Of a stretch of DNA of 32,000 nt, positions 7,586-16,669 are shown piece after piece. Below the pieces are notes generated by a model. It had not been told where the DNA came from. It saw nothing but the letters and a program-made list of their open reading frames with translations, and did no database searches. The position numbers were made by a program, and so were the translations under genes. The DNA is taken from NCBI GenBank assembly GCA_965219535.1, contig CBDCNV010000001.1:30001-62000 (forward strand), in the 5' to 3' direction. The stretch's first letter is position 1, and each line of letters starts with the position of its first letter. Source of the DNA: Opitutales bacterium. GTDB lineage: Bacteria > Verrucomicrobiota > Verrucomicrobiia > Opitutales > PNEW01.

Positions 7586-8758
7586 ATGAATAAACCATTA
7601 AAAGTAGGGATACTCGGTGTGGGGCAGCGTGGTCTTCAACACTTGAAAGCGCTGTGGCAGTTGCAGTCCGAGGGGCTGGTCGAAATAACGGCGTTGACGG
7701 ATTCGTTCGCGGCCAATCTCGATGGTGATAAGATAAGAAGTTTCGTTCCCGACTACCGTGAGGATAATATAAAGTTGACGACCACTTTCGACGAACTGAT
7801 CGCCGAGAACAAACCCGATGTGCTATACCTGGCAATACCACCCAATCTCCACCGCGGGGAAGTAATTAGCGCAGCACAGGCAGGCATACATCTTTTTGTT
7901 GAGAAACCCATGAGCCTCTACCTCGACGAGGCAATCGAAATGGAAACGGCGATCAAAGAAGCCGGTGTTTATTCCGCGGTTGGTTTCCAGCAAAGATTTG
8001 AACCCCGCCATGAAATGGTAAAGGAATTTCTATCCGACAAACGCGTGATTCAGGCAAATTACACTTTTCACACGCCTATAGAATTTCACAATGTTAAACA
8101 CATGCCCACAGAAACCGTTGGTGGACCCACCAATCGGATATGGACTGCAAGCCGTGCCTGGACGGGAACAACAGCGGTTGAAAACGGGATTCACACGCTC
8201 GATCTATGGCGTTACTGGTTGGGTGATGTAAATTGGGTACAGGCGAATTATGTCAATCGTCTGCCGAACGAGATTATCGAGGGAGCCGATAATCCTCATT
8301 CTTATAATATCTTTTTTGGATTTGAGAATGGCGTAGTTGCGAACATGGCACTTTCACGTCTGCGCCGCGTCTACAACACCTATCTCGATCATCAAATTCT
8401 TTGGAACGAAGGGCGGCTTGTGCTTAATCCGGATGAATTTGTATCTTATCATTACGAGGGCGTCTATCCACCGGAAATACTTCCCGATGACTCCCAAATT
8501 CGTCATTCACTTAGTGTCGACCCGGTAAACGATACACTTTTAGATTATTCAACCTTGGGAATAAGTCGTAATTTTATAGAGGCTATTATCGCACAATCTC
8601 CAAAAAATATTCGTTCTCCATTTTCAGACGCGATGAATAGTTTGACTGCAGTGATCGCTGCCAATGTTTCAGATTCTATGGATGGTACGCGTATATATCT
8701 TGAGGATCTCATCACAGATGAAAATTATGCGCCGCATCGCGCGAAAAAAGACAGTTAA
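7586..8758 (+). CDS. Gfo/Idh/MocA-family NAD(P)-dependent oxidoreductase
   Basis: Rossmann N-terminus KVGILGVGQRGLQH and EKP motif (LFVEKPMSL). Start moved to ATG 7586 because the 7490 extension only translates spacer repeats. Confidence 0.85.
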   Translation: MNKPLKVGILGVGQRGLQHLKALWQLQSEGLVEITALTDSFAANLDGDKIRSFVPDYREDNIKLTTTFDELIAENKPDVLYLAIPPNLHRGEVISAAQAGIHLFVEKPMSLYLDEAIEMETAIKEAGVYSAVGFQQRFEPRHEMVKEFLSDKRVIQANYTFHTPIEFHNVKHMPTETVGGPTNRIWTASRAWTGTTAVENGIHTLDLWRYWLGDVNWVQANYVNRLPNEIIEGADNPHSYNIFFGFENGVVANMALSRLRRVYNTYLDHQILWNEGRLVLNPDEFVSYHYEGVYPPEILPDDSQIRHSLSVDPVNDTLLDYSTLGISRNFIEAIIAQSPKNIRSPFSDAMNSLTAVIAANVSDSMDGTRIYLEDLITDENYAPHRAKKDS

Positions 8759-9699
8759 TGAAATTATTAATCTATCCGGCATTAGACAAAAATGAGGTGG
8801 AAGAAATTGCTTCGGTATCCGACGAGGTAGAAATTCTAAATATCAACTCCGAAGAGGAAGCGCTTCAAGAAATCGAAGCCATCGATGCTATTTACGGCTC
8901 AATTACTCCCGCTTTATTGGAGAGATCGAGGAAGTTGAAATGGATTCAGACACCGATCATTGGCCTGGAAAATTATATGTTCCCCGCCTTAATCAAGAGT
9001 GATATCAAAATCACTAACATGGCCGGTATCTTCAGCGATGTGATTGCCGACCACACATTGGCTTACATTTTAATGTTCGCCCGCGGGTTTCACGTCTATA
9101 TGCGCAAACAACTCGCGAGAAACTGGGATCCCGGTGTTCCTGTCATTCATCTCGCCGATCAAACATTGGGAATTATCGGGCTCGGCGGGATCGGGATGGG
9201 AATTGCCAGTCGCGGCTCTGCCTGCGGGATGCGGGTTATCGCAACGGATGCAAAGCAGCGGGAAAAACCCGACTTCGTCAACGCATTGTGGGAGAACGAT
9301 AAGCTCAATGATCTTCTCGAGGAATCTGATTTCGTCGTCAGTTGCGTCCCCCATAGCCCTGAAACGGTTAAGCTAATCGGTGAGGAGCAACTACAGCGAA
9401 TGAAGAAGACCGCTTATTTTATCAATATTTCACGTGGGGTCGTCGTGGATTTAGCCGCATTAACGCGAGCCCTGGAAACAAAAACGATTGCCGGCGCTGG
9501 CCTCGATGTCTTTGAGACTGAACCGCTGCCCTCAGATCATCCCCTTTGGGAAATGGAAAACGTAATCATTACTCCTCACATCGCTGGGGCCAGTGCCTAC
9601 ATTCAGCGACGGCGCGTCGCTACGTTAAAAGAAAACCTGCGACGCTATATCTCGGGGGAACCGCTCCAGAATGTCGTAGACCGCAAGAAGTGGTTCTAG
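8758..9699 (+). CDS. D-isomer-specific 2-hydroxyacid dehydrogenase
   Basis: GIIGLGGIGMGIA, SRGVVVD, LDVFETEPLP, TPHIAG. The start overlaps the upstream stop (TAATG). Confidence 0.9.
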   Translation: MKLLIYPALDKNEVEEIASVSDEVEILNINSEEEALQEIEAIDAIYGSITPALLERSRKLKWIQTPIIGLENYMFPALIKSDIKITNMAGIFSDVIADHTLAYILMFARGFHVYMRKQLARNWDPGVPVIHLADQTLGIIGLGGIGMGIASRGSACGMRVIATDAKQREKPDFVNALWENDKLNDLLEESDFVVSCVPHSPETVKLIGEEQLQRMKKTAYFINISRGVVVDLAALTRALETKTIAGAGLDVFETEPLPSDHPLWEMENVIITPHIAGASAYIQRRRVATLKENLRRYISGEPLQNVVDRKKWF

Positions 9700-9743
9700 C
9701 GATTGTCGATTTCCGATTTGCGATTTTCGATTGAACCTAGCGG
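9700..9743 (-). repeat. Heptad array, CGATTG orientation, plus R9 (GATTGAACCTAGCGG)
   Basis: CGATTGT CGATTTC CGATTTG CGATTTT CGATTG (perfect period 7) starts 1 nt after the stop. R9 recurs at 22339..22353 and inverted at 20224..20239. Confidence 0.85.
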
Positions 9744-9795
9744 ATACTAAAAGCTTATATAAACACTATGACCGATAAGCGTTAGGCTCTTTCCC

Positions 9796-9830
9796 CAAAT
9801 CGACAATCGGCAATCGGCAATCGTAAATTG
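9796..9830 (+). repeat. Heptad array, CAATCG orientation, abutting the stop of the minus-strand gene
   Basis: C AAATCGA CAATCGG CAATCGG CAATCGT AAATTG. In the sense of gene 9831..12089 it reads CGATTG after the stop. Confidence 0.85.
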
Positions 9831-12089
9831 CTATGGCGTGACTGTATAATATTGATTGATGGCGGGATTGTTTACGCGTGTTGTCCGGCCATCGGGCCAG
9901 CGGACTTCAAAGTATGCAACCGATTCATCCTCACCTATACCAAAATGTTTTTGCAGGGAATGCTGGGCGAGATGGGAATCACCGGTAACCACGGATTGAA
10001 TTTGTGCACCGCTATCACTAACAACCGTGATTTTAGCCCCGAAAGGTGAGAACCCTTTTCCCTCGGGTAAACGAACGCCCACCCAGTTACTGTTCGTTGG
10101 CCATAAATTTTGATAGACGTGTAGATCTCGCGTTTGTTTCATCCAATCAACCGAAGTGACAATGAGATCGGGTCGTCCATCGTTGTCTAAATCATCCGTC
10201 ACTACAGTGCGTGAATCGTAAGCAAAAGCAGCACCCATGAGAAATGAAACATTAATAAAACCATTCCCATCGAGGTTCATATAAAGCACGTTTTTTTCAT
10301 AGGGGTTCCACCCACCTTTAGCTTCAGTTCCAAAATTCAGTCGTGTATTGCTGAATAAATTCTCGAGCGCCGGATTATTTTCGGAATTACCCGAATAGAT
10401 GTCCTGCGTCCAAAATACACTGCAGTAGTCTTCACATGTTTCCATGGAATAATTTCCATTGGCTATATAAATATCCTGCGTTCCATCCGAATCGAAATCA
10501 AATGTGCTCATCCCCCAACTCCAGCCTGTGCGATTCACCTGTTCAATGAAAACCGGTTGCCGGTAGGTCCCCTCAGCTGAGGCAAGATACATCCGGTTAC
10601 CGTAGCCCATTGGCATCCGCATATTTGTGATCTCTTCCCTATCCTCACGACCTACACCCATACTATCAAGTCTTCGGGCCGTCGTGGAACCCATGCCGGC
10701 CATGTAAAAGTCCAGACGACCATCACGATTGTAATCCCCGAATGAATGGGACATGCCAAAGGCACTGCGCTCATCTATCGCCGAGGAAGTCACATCGGTA
10801 AAAGTACCATTACCCCGGTTATAATAAACATCGGCCCCGGAAAAATCACTGACGACAAGTAAATCAAGCGTGTTATCGCTGTTGAGATCGAGAAATGAAC
10901 TGCTATAGGTTCGCCGATGGCGTTTGGCTGCAAGTCCTGCACTTTCCGTTTGGTCTTTAAATCTTCCGCCTCCCTGGTTCACCAAGAGATAGGATGGGTA
11001 GCCGTCATTGGCGTCATAAAAAGGTGTAGGCATCTGCCCGGAAAAATATGGCGGCTTATATTGTCCTACCCAAATATCAAGTAACCCGTCATTATTAATA
11101 TCCCCAGCGGTTATCGCCCATGAATTTCTAAATGGCTCGACGGTTGCCAATATTGATTTTCCCACGGAGCTGTAACGTCCCTCTGCATCCATTTCATAGA
11201 GGACCGGATACTCATCGGCGATAGTCAGGAAATCCGGGCGGCCGTCACCAGTCAGGTCTGCGATCAAACTGACACCAATCCGCCTTGTCGGATAATCGCA
11301 AAAGGTATCTCTTTCAAAATTAAAGTCCCCTTTGTTCCAATAGACTACATTTCCTTCGGGCAGAATAATTTCAGAAAGTCCGTCTTCATTTAAATCATAG
11401 ATGATAACATTGCGAAAAGCATTGTCACTTAGCGTGCTTCTCGCCCTGAGACGCTCGTGAAATACCGGACCCGCACTTCTTCGCAGGATATTAAAATCAG
11501 TGGCGTCGATTGTAAGGGGATAATAGTTTCCGTGTCTGTCCTTATCATCACTCCAGAAAATATTTAAACGGACGTTCAGGATGTATCGCTCTTTTTCATC
11601 GAGTGTCGTGACATGCAAGGTTGCTTTCACTTCCGATTGATTTCCCGTTTCAACGGTTTCGAATTTTACATGGTGCCATTCGGATTGTATCAATCGATAG
11701 CGAAGCTTCAATTCTTCCACCCAGGAAACCCAATCCTTCTGCTTGTATACTTTTCCCTCATCCTTGAATTGATATTTCAAAATTCCCCACTTCAATTCCT
11801 CTTTTGTGAATTCTTCTCCCAGGCTTAACTTCCCGAATTTAAATTCACTCAAAGCCGAAAGCTTTTCATCGCTGACACGTATGCTATCCCAAAGTTTTAT
11901 GAAGTATTTTTCATACTGCTGCGCCAATTTTTCATTCGCCCAAATAGTTTCATTTAATTGTTTGCGCTCATTCTCCAGTTGCCTGACCGTACTTTCTATA
12001 TCAGAGGTACCTGCCCCAAACAGGAGCTGGGCATAAATTGCACCGAGTATAAGGTAAAACTTAATGCGTTGGGTTCCTGTCAGGTTCAT
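9831..12089 (-). CDS. FG-GAP/VCBS-repeat protein with C-terminal ASPIC/UnbV domain (CRTAC1-like)
   Basis: Repeated Ca-binding DxNxDGxxD loops (GDINNDGLLD, GDYNRDGRLD, DFDSDGTQD, DDLDNDGRPD). UnbV-like tail ...GAKITVVSDSGAQIQSVVTGDSHLAQHS...EVRWPDG. N-terminal hydrophobic anchor. Confidence 0.85.
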   Translation of the reverse strand: MNLTGTQRIKFYLILGAIYAQLLFGAGTSDIESTVRQLENERKQLNETIWANEKLAQQYEKYFIKLWDSIRVSDEKLSALSEFKFGKLSLGEEFTKEELKWGILKYQFKDEGKVYKQKDWVSWVEELKLRYRLIQSEWHHVKFETVETGNQSEVKATLHVTTLDEKERYILNVRLNIFWSDDKDRHGNYYPLTIDATDFNILRRSAGPVFHERLRARSTLSDNAFRNVIIYDLNEDGLSEIILPEGNVVYWNKGDFNFERDTFCDYPTRRIGVSLIADLTGDGRPDFLTIADEYPVLYEMDAEGRYSSVGKSILATVEPFRNSWAITAGDINNDGLLDIWVGQYKPPYFSGQMPTPFYDANDGYPSYLLVNQGGGRFKDQTESAGLAAKRHRRTYSSSFLDLNSDNTLDLLVVSDFSGADVYYNRGNGTFTDVTSSAIDERSAFGMSHSFGDYNRDGRLDFYMAGMGSTTARRLDSMGVGREDREEITNMRMPMGYGNRMYLASAEGTYRQPVFIEQVNRTGWSWGMSTFDFDSDGTQDIYIANGNYSMETCEDYCSVFWTQDIYSGNSENNPALENLFSNTRLNFGTEAKGGWNPYEKNVLYMNLDGNGFINVSFLMGAAFAYDSRTVVTDDLDNDGRPDLIVTSVDWMKQTRDLHVYQNLWPTNSNWVGVRLPEGKGFSPFGAKITVVSDSGAQIQSVVTGDSHLAQHSLQKHFGIGEDESVAYFEVRWPDGRTTRVNNPAINQYYTVTP

Positions 12090-12169
12090 AAATAAAGGCT
12101 AAACTTTATAGTGACGCTGCTAACTGTCAATCGATAGACCGAAATCTAATATCCACGCGGTTCTGACAT

Positions 12170-14479
12170 TCACCCATCCCCCTCGTGGTGATGCCCGCTC
12201 TCAGTTTTATGAAAATCAAAAGAATGAAGCGCTAGCTTCCGGGGTTGTTTTTTATTTTCTACGATCTCGTAACAAGAGTTGGTGTCCAGATCGTGATAGA
12301 TTTGCTTTTTCCTCGAGTGTGGCCAGATAATTTCAACCGCCTCAATTGATCTCACCTTACCTAAACCGATCTCCTGTCGAAAGGGTGACGCGCCAAAACT
12401 CCCGCCCGCACTTACGGTGCGATGAATTTCGCGCTTACTGCCATCCTCGGCGGTCAGGAGAACTTTAATTCGCGATCCCAAAGCCGAACGATTAGAGGAC
12501 TCACCGACAAGTTTCAGCGTCAGCCACTTGTTTTCATTACCGGGATTTTCGAAGAGTACGTTCATATAATTATCGCCGGTAAAAGCACCACCGATGACTG
12601 AATATATATCTTGATCGCCATCGTGATCTATATCACCAAAAGAAACACCGTGCCCTTTTTGTAAATGCCCAAACCCACCGGATGTTGTAACATCCTGAAA
12701 AAGCATCCCTTTTTCATTACGAAACATACGGTTGGGGACAAGCATGGCAAAACTAGGGTTCCCCGTTCCAACATAAAAATCCAACCATCCATCGTTATCC
12801 AGATCACCATAATTACAACCCATACCCAGTACGACCTTGTCCAGGTTCATCGATTCTGAAACCTCAGCGAAAGTACCATCACCCTTGTTGCGATAGAGGC
12901 GCATCGTTTCCGCGTTATGGGGTTGATCTAAATAGTCCGCTACGATACCGCCCACACCATTATTTATGTATCCTCCCCCGTCTGTCCGATACCCACAGAC
13001 AAAAAGGTCTTCCCAACCGTCATTGTTAAAATCCCAAAACCAGGTGGGAAAACTGTACTTCGGTTCAGACAGGCCGGCTGTTTTACCGAGTTCGGTAAAA
13101 TTCCAGGCGCTGGGATCATCGGCAGAATCTTTAATCGGACCATCATTGCGGAAGAGCAAATTTGCATCGCCAAAAATGGATAAAAAAAGATCAGGCCGCC
13201 CGTCATTGTTATAGTCCCCACTGGTAACGCCCTTCACAAATTTACTCACATCAATCCCGACAGACTTTGCGCATTCGGTAAATGTTCCATCACGATTATT
13301 ACGGTACAATTCGCAGGGATTTTTTTCATTATCGTTTAGGGTTTCGTTTCCGATAAAGAGATCCAGCCAACCGTCATTGTTATAATCCCACCATACCGCG
13401 GTTTGCGTTGGATGAGAACTCAGCAATCCCGCCGCTTCTGTTAGATCGGAAAAAGTACCGTTACCATTATTGCGCAAAAGCGAGTTGGGGATATTACCTA
13501 GTTCACCAAATTCTGAAAACCACCCGCCGCGCAAAATAAAAATATCCGTATGCCCGTCGTTATTGTAATCAGCGTGCACCATATTTAATCCGCCTACCAG
13601 TCCCTCTAGTCCGGCCTCGATTGTTTTTTCATCAAAAGTGCCGTCGCCATTATTTCTGAAATACCTGACCTGATCCTTAACGCCCATCGATGAGACGATA
13701 AGATCGAGAAAATTATCCCCATCGAAGTCCTCCATTACGCTGCCCCCTGCTAGTGCGTTGACATCAAGACCTAGATCCGGCGCCCGATCATAAAACCGAT
13801 TCATCTCATAGTCGGAGACAAATAATTCAGGTGGCAGGGTCCAGCGCGAATAAAGTTTTTTCGGATACTCCCCCACCGTCATTGAAGCGATATTAAGCAG
13901 CCAAATGGCTTCTAAATCGTTGGGATGGAGCAAAAGGTAATCGTTTAAAATCGCAATTGCTCCGCGCGAACCCCGTTGCTGCTTATGGATACCTGCTTTT
14001 GTAATCGGGAAAAGACAGGAATCCGGATTGTGAAGCGATATACAGTTTTCCTGTTCTCCGAGCCGAAGATAGCTCACTGCGAGCGTGAGATGTATAGCAC
14101 TCTCTTCTGTTTCCTGAAGGACGATGATATGCTCATCGATTTCATTTAACACTTCTTCAATTACTTCAATCGCCACTTCACTCTGACCGGATTGGAGTAA
14201 TTGCCGACCATACTCATATTTTAAAATGATGTAGTCTTTAGATCCTCGCGGCGGGGTCCCATTAGCTTCCGCTTCTTGAAGGAGTTGATGAAGGTAATCT
14301 ACCCTCGCATCATTATAATAAGCGTTTAAGCGATTGTCCGGGTGCTCGGCAATTTCCTCAAGACGCTGAACCATGGCCAATGTGCCCTCAACATCGTCCT
14401 GGGCATTTTTTCGTCCGCATCCCATCACTAAGATCGCACAAACGAGATACGCGCATCGCCATTTATGAAATTTAATCAT
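12170..14479 (-). CDS. Probable lipoprotein: TPR-like N-region plus FG-GAP/VCBS repeats plus ASPIC/UnbV domain (CRTAC1-like)
   Basis: AILVMGC lipobox-like signal. Many DxNxDGxxD loops. UnbV tail ...GSRIKVLLTAEDGSKREIHRTVSAGGSFGASP...IIWP. Confidence 0.85.
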   Translation of the reverse strand: MIKFHKWRCAYLVCAILVMGCGRKNAQDDVEGTLAMVQRLEEIAEHPDNRLNAYYNDARVDYLHQLLQEAEANGTPPRGSKDYIILKYEYGRQLLQSGQSEVAIEVIEEVLNEIDEHIIVLQETEESAIHLTLAVSYLRLGEQENCISLHNPDSCLFPITKAGIHKQQRGSRGAIAILNDYLLLHPNDLEAIWLLNIASMTVGEYPKKLYSRWTLPPELFVSDYEMNRFYDRAPDLGLDVNALAGGSVMEDFDGDNFLDLIVSSMGVKDQVRYFRNNGDGTFDEKTIEAGLEGLVGGLNMVHADYNNDGHTDIFILRGGWFSEFGELGNIPNSLLRNNGNGTFSDLTEAAGLLSSHPTQTAVWWDYNNDGWLDLFIGNETLNDNEKNPCELYRNNRDGTFTECAKSVGIDVSKFVKGVTSGDYNNDGRPDLFLSIFGDANLLFRNDGPIKDSADDPSAWNFTELGKTAGLSEPKYSFPTWFWDFNNDGWEDLFVCGYRTDGGGYINNGVGGIVADYLDQPHNAETMRLYRNKGDGTFAEVSESMNLDKVVLGMGCNYGDLDNDGWLDFYVGTGNPSFAMLVPNRMFRNEKGMLFQDVTTSGGFGHLQKGHGVSFGDIDHDGDQDIYSVIGGAFTGDNYMNVLFENPGNENKWLTLKLVGESSNRSALGSRIKVLLTAEDGSKREIHRTVSAGGSFGASPFRQEIGLGKVRSIEAVEIIWPHSRKKQIYHDLDTNSCYEIVENKKQPRKLALHSFDFHKTESGHHHEGDG

Positions 14480-14527
14480 GATCTAATAAAGTAGTACTGA
14501 GAAGAACATGAAAATTAAAGCAAGAAA

Positions 14528-14554
14528 CGATTTTCGATTGCCGATTTTCGATTG
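14528..14554 (-). repeat. Heptad array, CGATTG on the plus strand (CAATCG in the sense of the divergent gene 12170..14479)
   Basis: CGATTTT CGATTGC CGATTTT CGATTG, perfect period 7. Confidence 0.85.
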
Positions 14555-14575
14555 TCATTGCGAGGAGCAATCCAG
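14551..14575. repeat. Repeat R2, truncated alpha arm
   Basis: ATTGTCATTGCGAGGAGCAATCCAG (internal deletion relative to full copies). Confidence 0.7.
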
Positions 14576-14617
14576 AAAGCAAAATAAATAAGGTTAGGTA
14601 CATGATAATAGCAAATG

Positions 14618-14689
14618 GGTGGAACGGGCTGTCCCAAGCGCGTTCTTCTTATTACTTTTAATAAGCGTGCTGGGACAGCCCGCTCCACC
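14618..14689. repeat. Repeat R3 inverted pair
   Basis: GGTGGAACGGGCTGTCCCAAGCGCG - AT-rich loop - GCGTGCTGGGACAGCCCGCTCCACC. Confidence 0.85.
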
Positions 14690-14765
14690 AATATCAATCT
14701 AATCCCTTTGAAAGAAGTCATCCCGCATCGGTGTGACTTAATCGTGACATTCATCTATAAAAATC

Positions 14766-14797
14766 ATCTTGTGTTTTTTGTGCCTCTTGTGGCTATC
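14766..14797 (+). repeat. Repeat R4 32-mer
   Basis: ATCTTGTGTTTTTTGTGCCTCTTGTGGCTATC, 35 bp upstream of ATG 14832. Confidence 0.85.
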
Positions 14798-14798
14798 T

Positions 14799-14831
14799 CT
14801 TCAATCCTCATTCGCAAATCGTAATTCGTAA
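14799..14831 (+). repeat. Degenerate heptad array, CAATCG orientation, abutting a start codon
   Basis: CTTCAATCCTCATTCGCAAATCGTAATTCGTAA, then ATG. Confidence 0.7.
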
Positions 14832-16409
14832 ATGGTAAAAATGCGTCCTAATTTCCTGATCATCATCACTGATCAATGGCACCCGCGTTGCTTCGGTTAT
14901 GCGGGTCATCCCATCGTTCGCACGCCTAATATCGATAGCCTTGCCTCAGGAGGTATCTATTTTTCTCGTGTCTACAGTCCGCAACCACTTTGTATGCCAA
15001 CACGCGCATCCCTGTTTACAGGACTCACTCCACGTGGTCATGGCGTACGTATGAACGGTATTCCGCTGAACCCATCCATCCCTACCTTTACTGACGCGCT
15101 GCGACAAAGCGGGTACACAACTTACTGCTCGGGAAAAATACATTTAAATTCAAGCAACACTCCTAATGACATTCCTTTAGAAAGCCTCGATCCAAATAAA
15201 TATCCGGAGAGCTCAAGGCTTTGGAGAGAGGGAATAATTAAAGACCTCCCACTCCCGTATTACGGCCTCCAAGAGATAGACCTCTGCAACGGCCATGGTC
15301 ATGGCTCTGTTGGTCATTATGAAACCTGGCTTAAATCCGAGCACCCTGACAAAGCGCACCTATTTTACGATCACGTAGAATGTGAAAAATCAAGTCCGGC
15401 CAAAGTTCTTTTCAATCGTCAATCCTACAAATGGGCGCTGCCAGCGGAACTTCACCCCACAACTTATATCGCCGATCGGACTGTCAATTTTCTAAATAAC
15501 ACTAAAGAGAAAAGGGGCAATCAACCCTTTTGCGCGATGTGCAGCTTTGGTGATCCCCATTCTCCCTTTGCTCCGCCCGCTCCTTATTGTTATGACTACG
15601 ACCCGGCTGATGTTCCACCTCCTCTATCGAGAGAGGGTGAGTTGGATGATTTACCCCCACACTTCCGTGCGATGGTAGAACAAGATGTTATGACAAGCGG
15701 GAATAAATCTCAGGCGATGAATGCTACTGCGCCTTACTACGCAGAATGCGCCGCGCATTATTATGGTGTCATCAGCCTCGTAGATGAACAGGTCGGTCGC
15801 GTCATGGATGCGTTACGAAAAAATGAACTGGATGAAAACACGGTAGTGATTTTTCTCGCTGATCATGGCGAAGCGCTTGGTGATCACGGTTTGTGGGGTA
15901 AGGGCCCCTATCATTACGACAGTGTCATACGGGTCCCTTTTCTCATAAACTGGCCGGGTAAAATCGAACCGGGAACGGTTCACGCTGGCGTTTGCAGCCT
16001 GCTCGATTTTGCACCAACGGTATTGGATATCGCGGGAGTCCCGATTCCTGAAGGTGATCTCCCCGGATCAACTGAAGCTCCCGGCGCACCATCCCCCTGG
16101 CCCGGTCGCAGCCTCCTACCGGTGCTTACGGGAGAGGATAAATCGACGGACACATGCGCTTTAGTCGAAATGGATGAAGATTACCTCGGATTTAAAATGC
16201 GTACTCTTGTAACCGAACGCTACCGATTAACCTGTTACTCCGGTCAGGATTACGGAGAACTTTTTGACCTCCATGAAGATCCCGATGAGTATTTTAACCT
16301 CTGGGACAAACCGGAACACCAGAAATTGCGCGATGAATTACGCATTCAACTGTTGGATAAGATTATGCAGACCGACATTTCACTTCCCCGGCAACTGTCA
16401 CGGTCATGA
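14832..16409 (+). CDS. Sulfatase (formylglycine-dependent, Cys-type), no signal peptide
   Basis: IIITDQWH and CMPTRASLFTG (CxPxR). LADHGE. An in-frame TAA immediately precedes ATG 14832, so the N-terminus MVKMRPNFLIIITDQ cannot be extended. Confidence 0.9.
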   Translation: MVKMRPNFLIIITDQWHPRCFGYAGHPIVRTPNIDSLASGGIYFSRVYSPQPLCMPTRASLFTGLTPRGHGVRMNGIPLNPSIPTFTDALRQSGYTTYCSGKIHLNSSNTPNDIPLESLDPNKYPESSRLWREGIIKDLPLPYYGLQEIDLCNGHGHGSVGHYETWLKSEHPDKAHLFYDHVECEKSSPAKVLFNRQSYKWALPAELHPTTYIADRTVNFLNNTKEKRGNQPFCAMCSFGDPHSPFAPPAPYCYDYDPADVPPPLSREGELDDLPPHFRAMVEQDVMTSGNKSQAMNATAPYYAECAAHYYGVISLVDEQVGRVMDALRKNELDENTVVIFLADHGEALGDHGLWGKGPYHYDSVIRVPFLINWPGKIEPGTVHAGVCSLLDFAPTVLDIAGVPIPEGDLPGSTEAPGAPSPWPGRSLLPVLTGEDKSTDTCALVEMDEDYLGFKMRTLVTERYRLTCYSGQDYGELFDLHEDPDEYFNLWDKPEHQKLRDELRIQLLDKIMQTDISLPRQLSRS

Positions 16410-16450
16410 TGCGAATACGCGTAAATGCGATGATGCGATAAAGCGGCTGC
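16410..16450 (+). repeat. Repeat R7 copy (extended)
   Basis: GCGAATACGCGTAAATGCGATGATGCGATAAAGCGGCTGC, directly after the stop. Confidence 0.7.
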
Positions 16451-16536
16451 TGGTTGAAATTTAGAAATCAGGATAATACCGAGTTTATAATTATAAATGA
16501 TTGGATATTTGTAGACACGGACATTGCACTCCTCCT

Positions 16537-16646
16537 ATTGTCATTGCGAGGGAGGCGATTGCCTACCACGGCAATCTAGGGGAATGTCTATTGCGTAATT
16601 TAGTCCCCCTGGATTGCTTCGTCGCGTTGCTCCTCGCAATGACAAT
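16537..16646. repeat. Repeat R2, full ~110-bp imperfect palindrome
   Basis: ATTGTCATTGCGAGGGAGGCGATTGCCTACCACGGCAATCTAGGGGA...TCCCCCTGGATTGCTTCGTCGCGTTGCTCCTCGCAATGACAAT. Confidence 0.9.
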
Positions 16647-16654
16647 TTGAATAC

Positions 16655-16669
16655 ATTCGACAATCGACA
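16655..16669 (+). repeat. Heptad array, CAATCG orientation, abutting a start codon
   Basis: ATTCGACAATCGACA, then ATG 16670. Confidence 0.7.

Noticed and set aside
7182-7593. ORFs 7182..7499(-) and 7390..7593(+), and the N-terminal extension 7490..7585 of the Gfo/Idh/MocA ORF
   Set aside because: They lie entirely on the spacer repeats (R2, R6, heptads). Their peptides (..RRVAPRNDKKKS.., ..LIDNRKSTIG..) are just translated repeats that recur in other spurious ORFs. The Rossmann motif starts right after ATG 7586.
9700-9830. Possible CRISPR array or integron attC sites, suggested by the regular repeats between genes
   Set aside because: The heptad units are 7 bp with no spacers, which is far from CRISPR geometry, and no cas genes are present. 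The R2 palindromes are attC-sized but lack the RYYYAAC/GTTRRRY cores. The flanked genes are large, in mixed orientation and of core-metabolic type rather than promoterless cassettes, and no integron integrase is present.
14515-14824. ORFs 14515..14754(-) and 14615..14824(+)
   Set aside because: They are read-throughs of the R2, R3 and R4 repeats in the divergent spacer. The same peptide strings (..APRNDN.., ..GGTGCPKR..) arise wherever the repeats occur.
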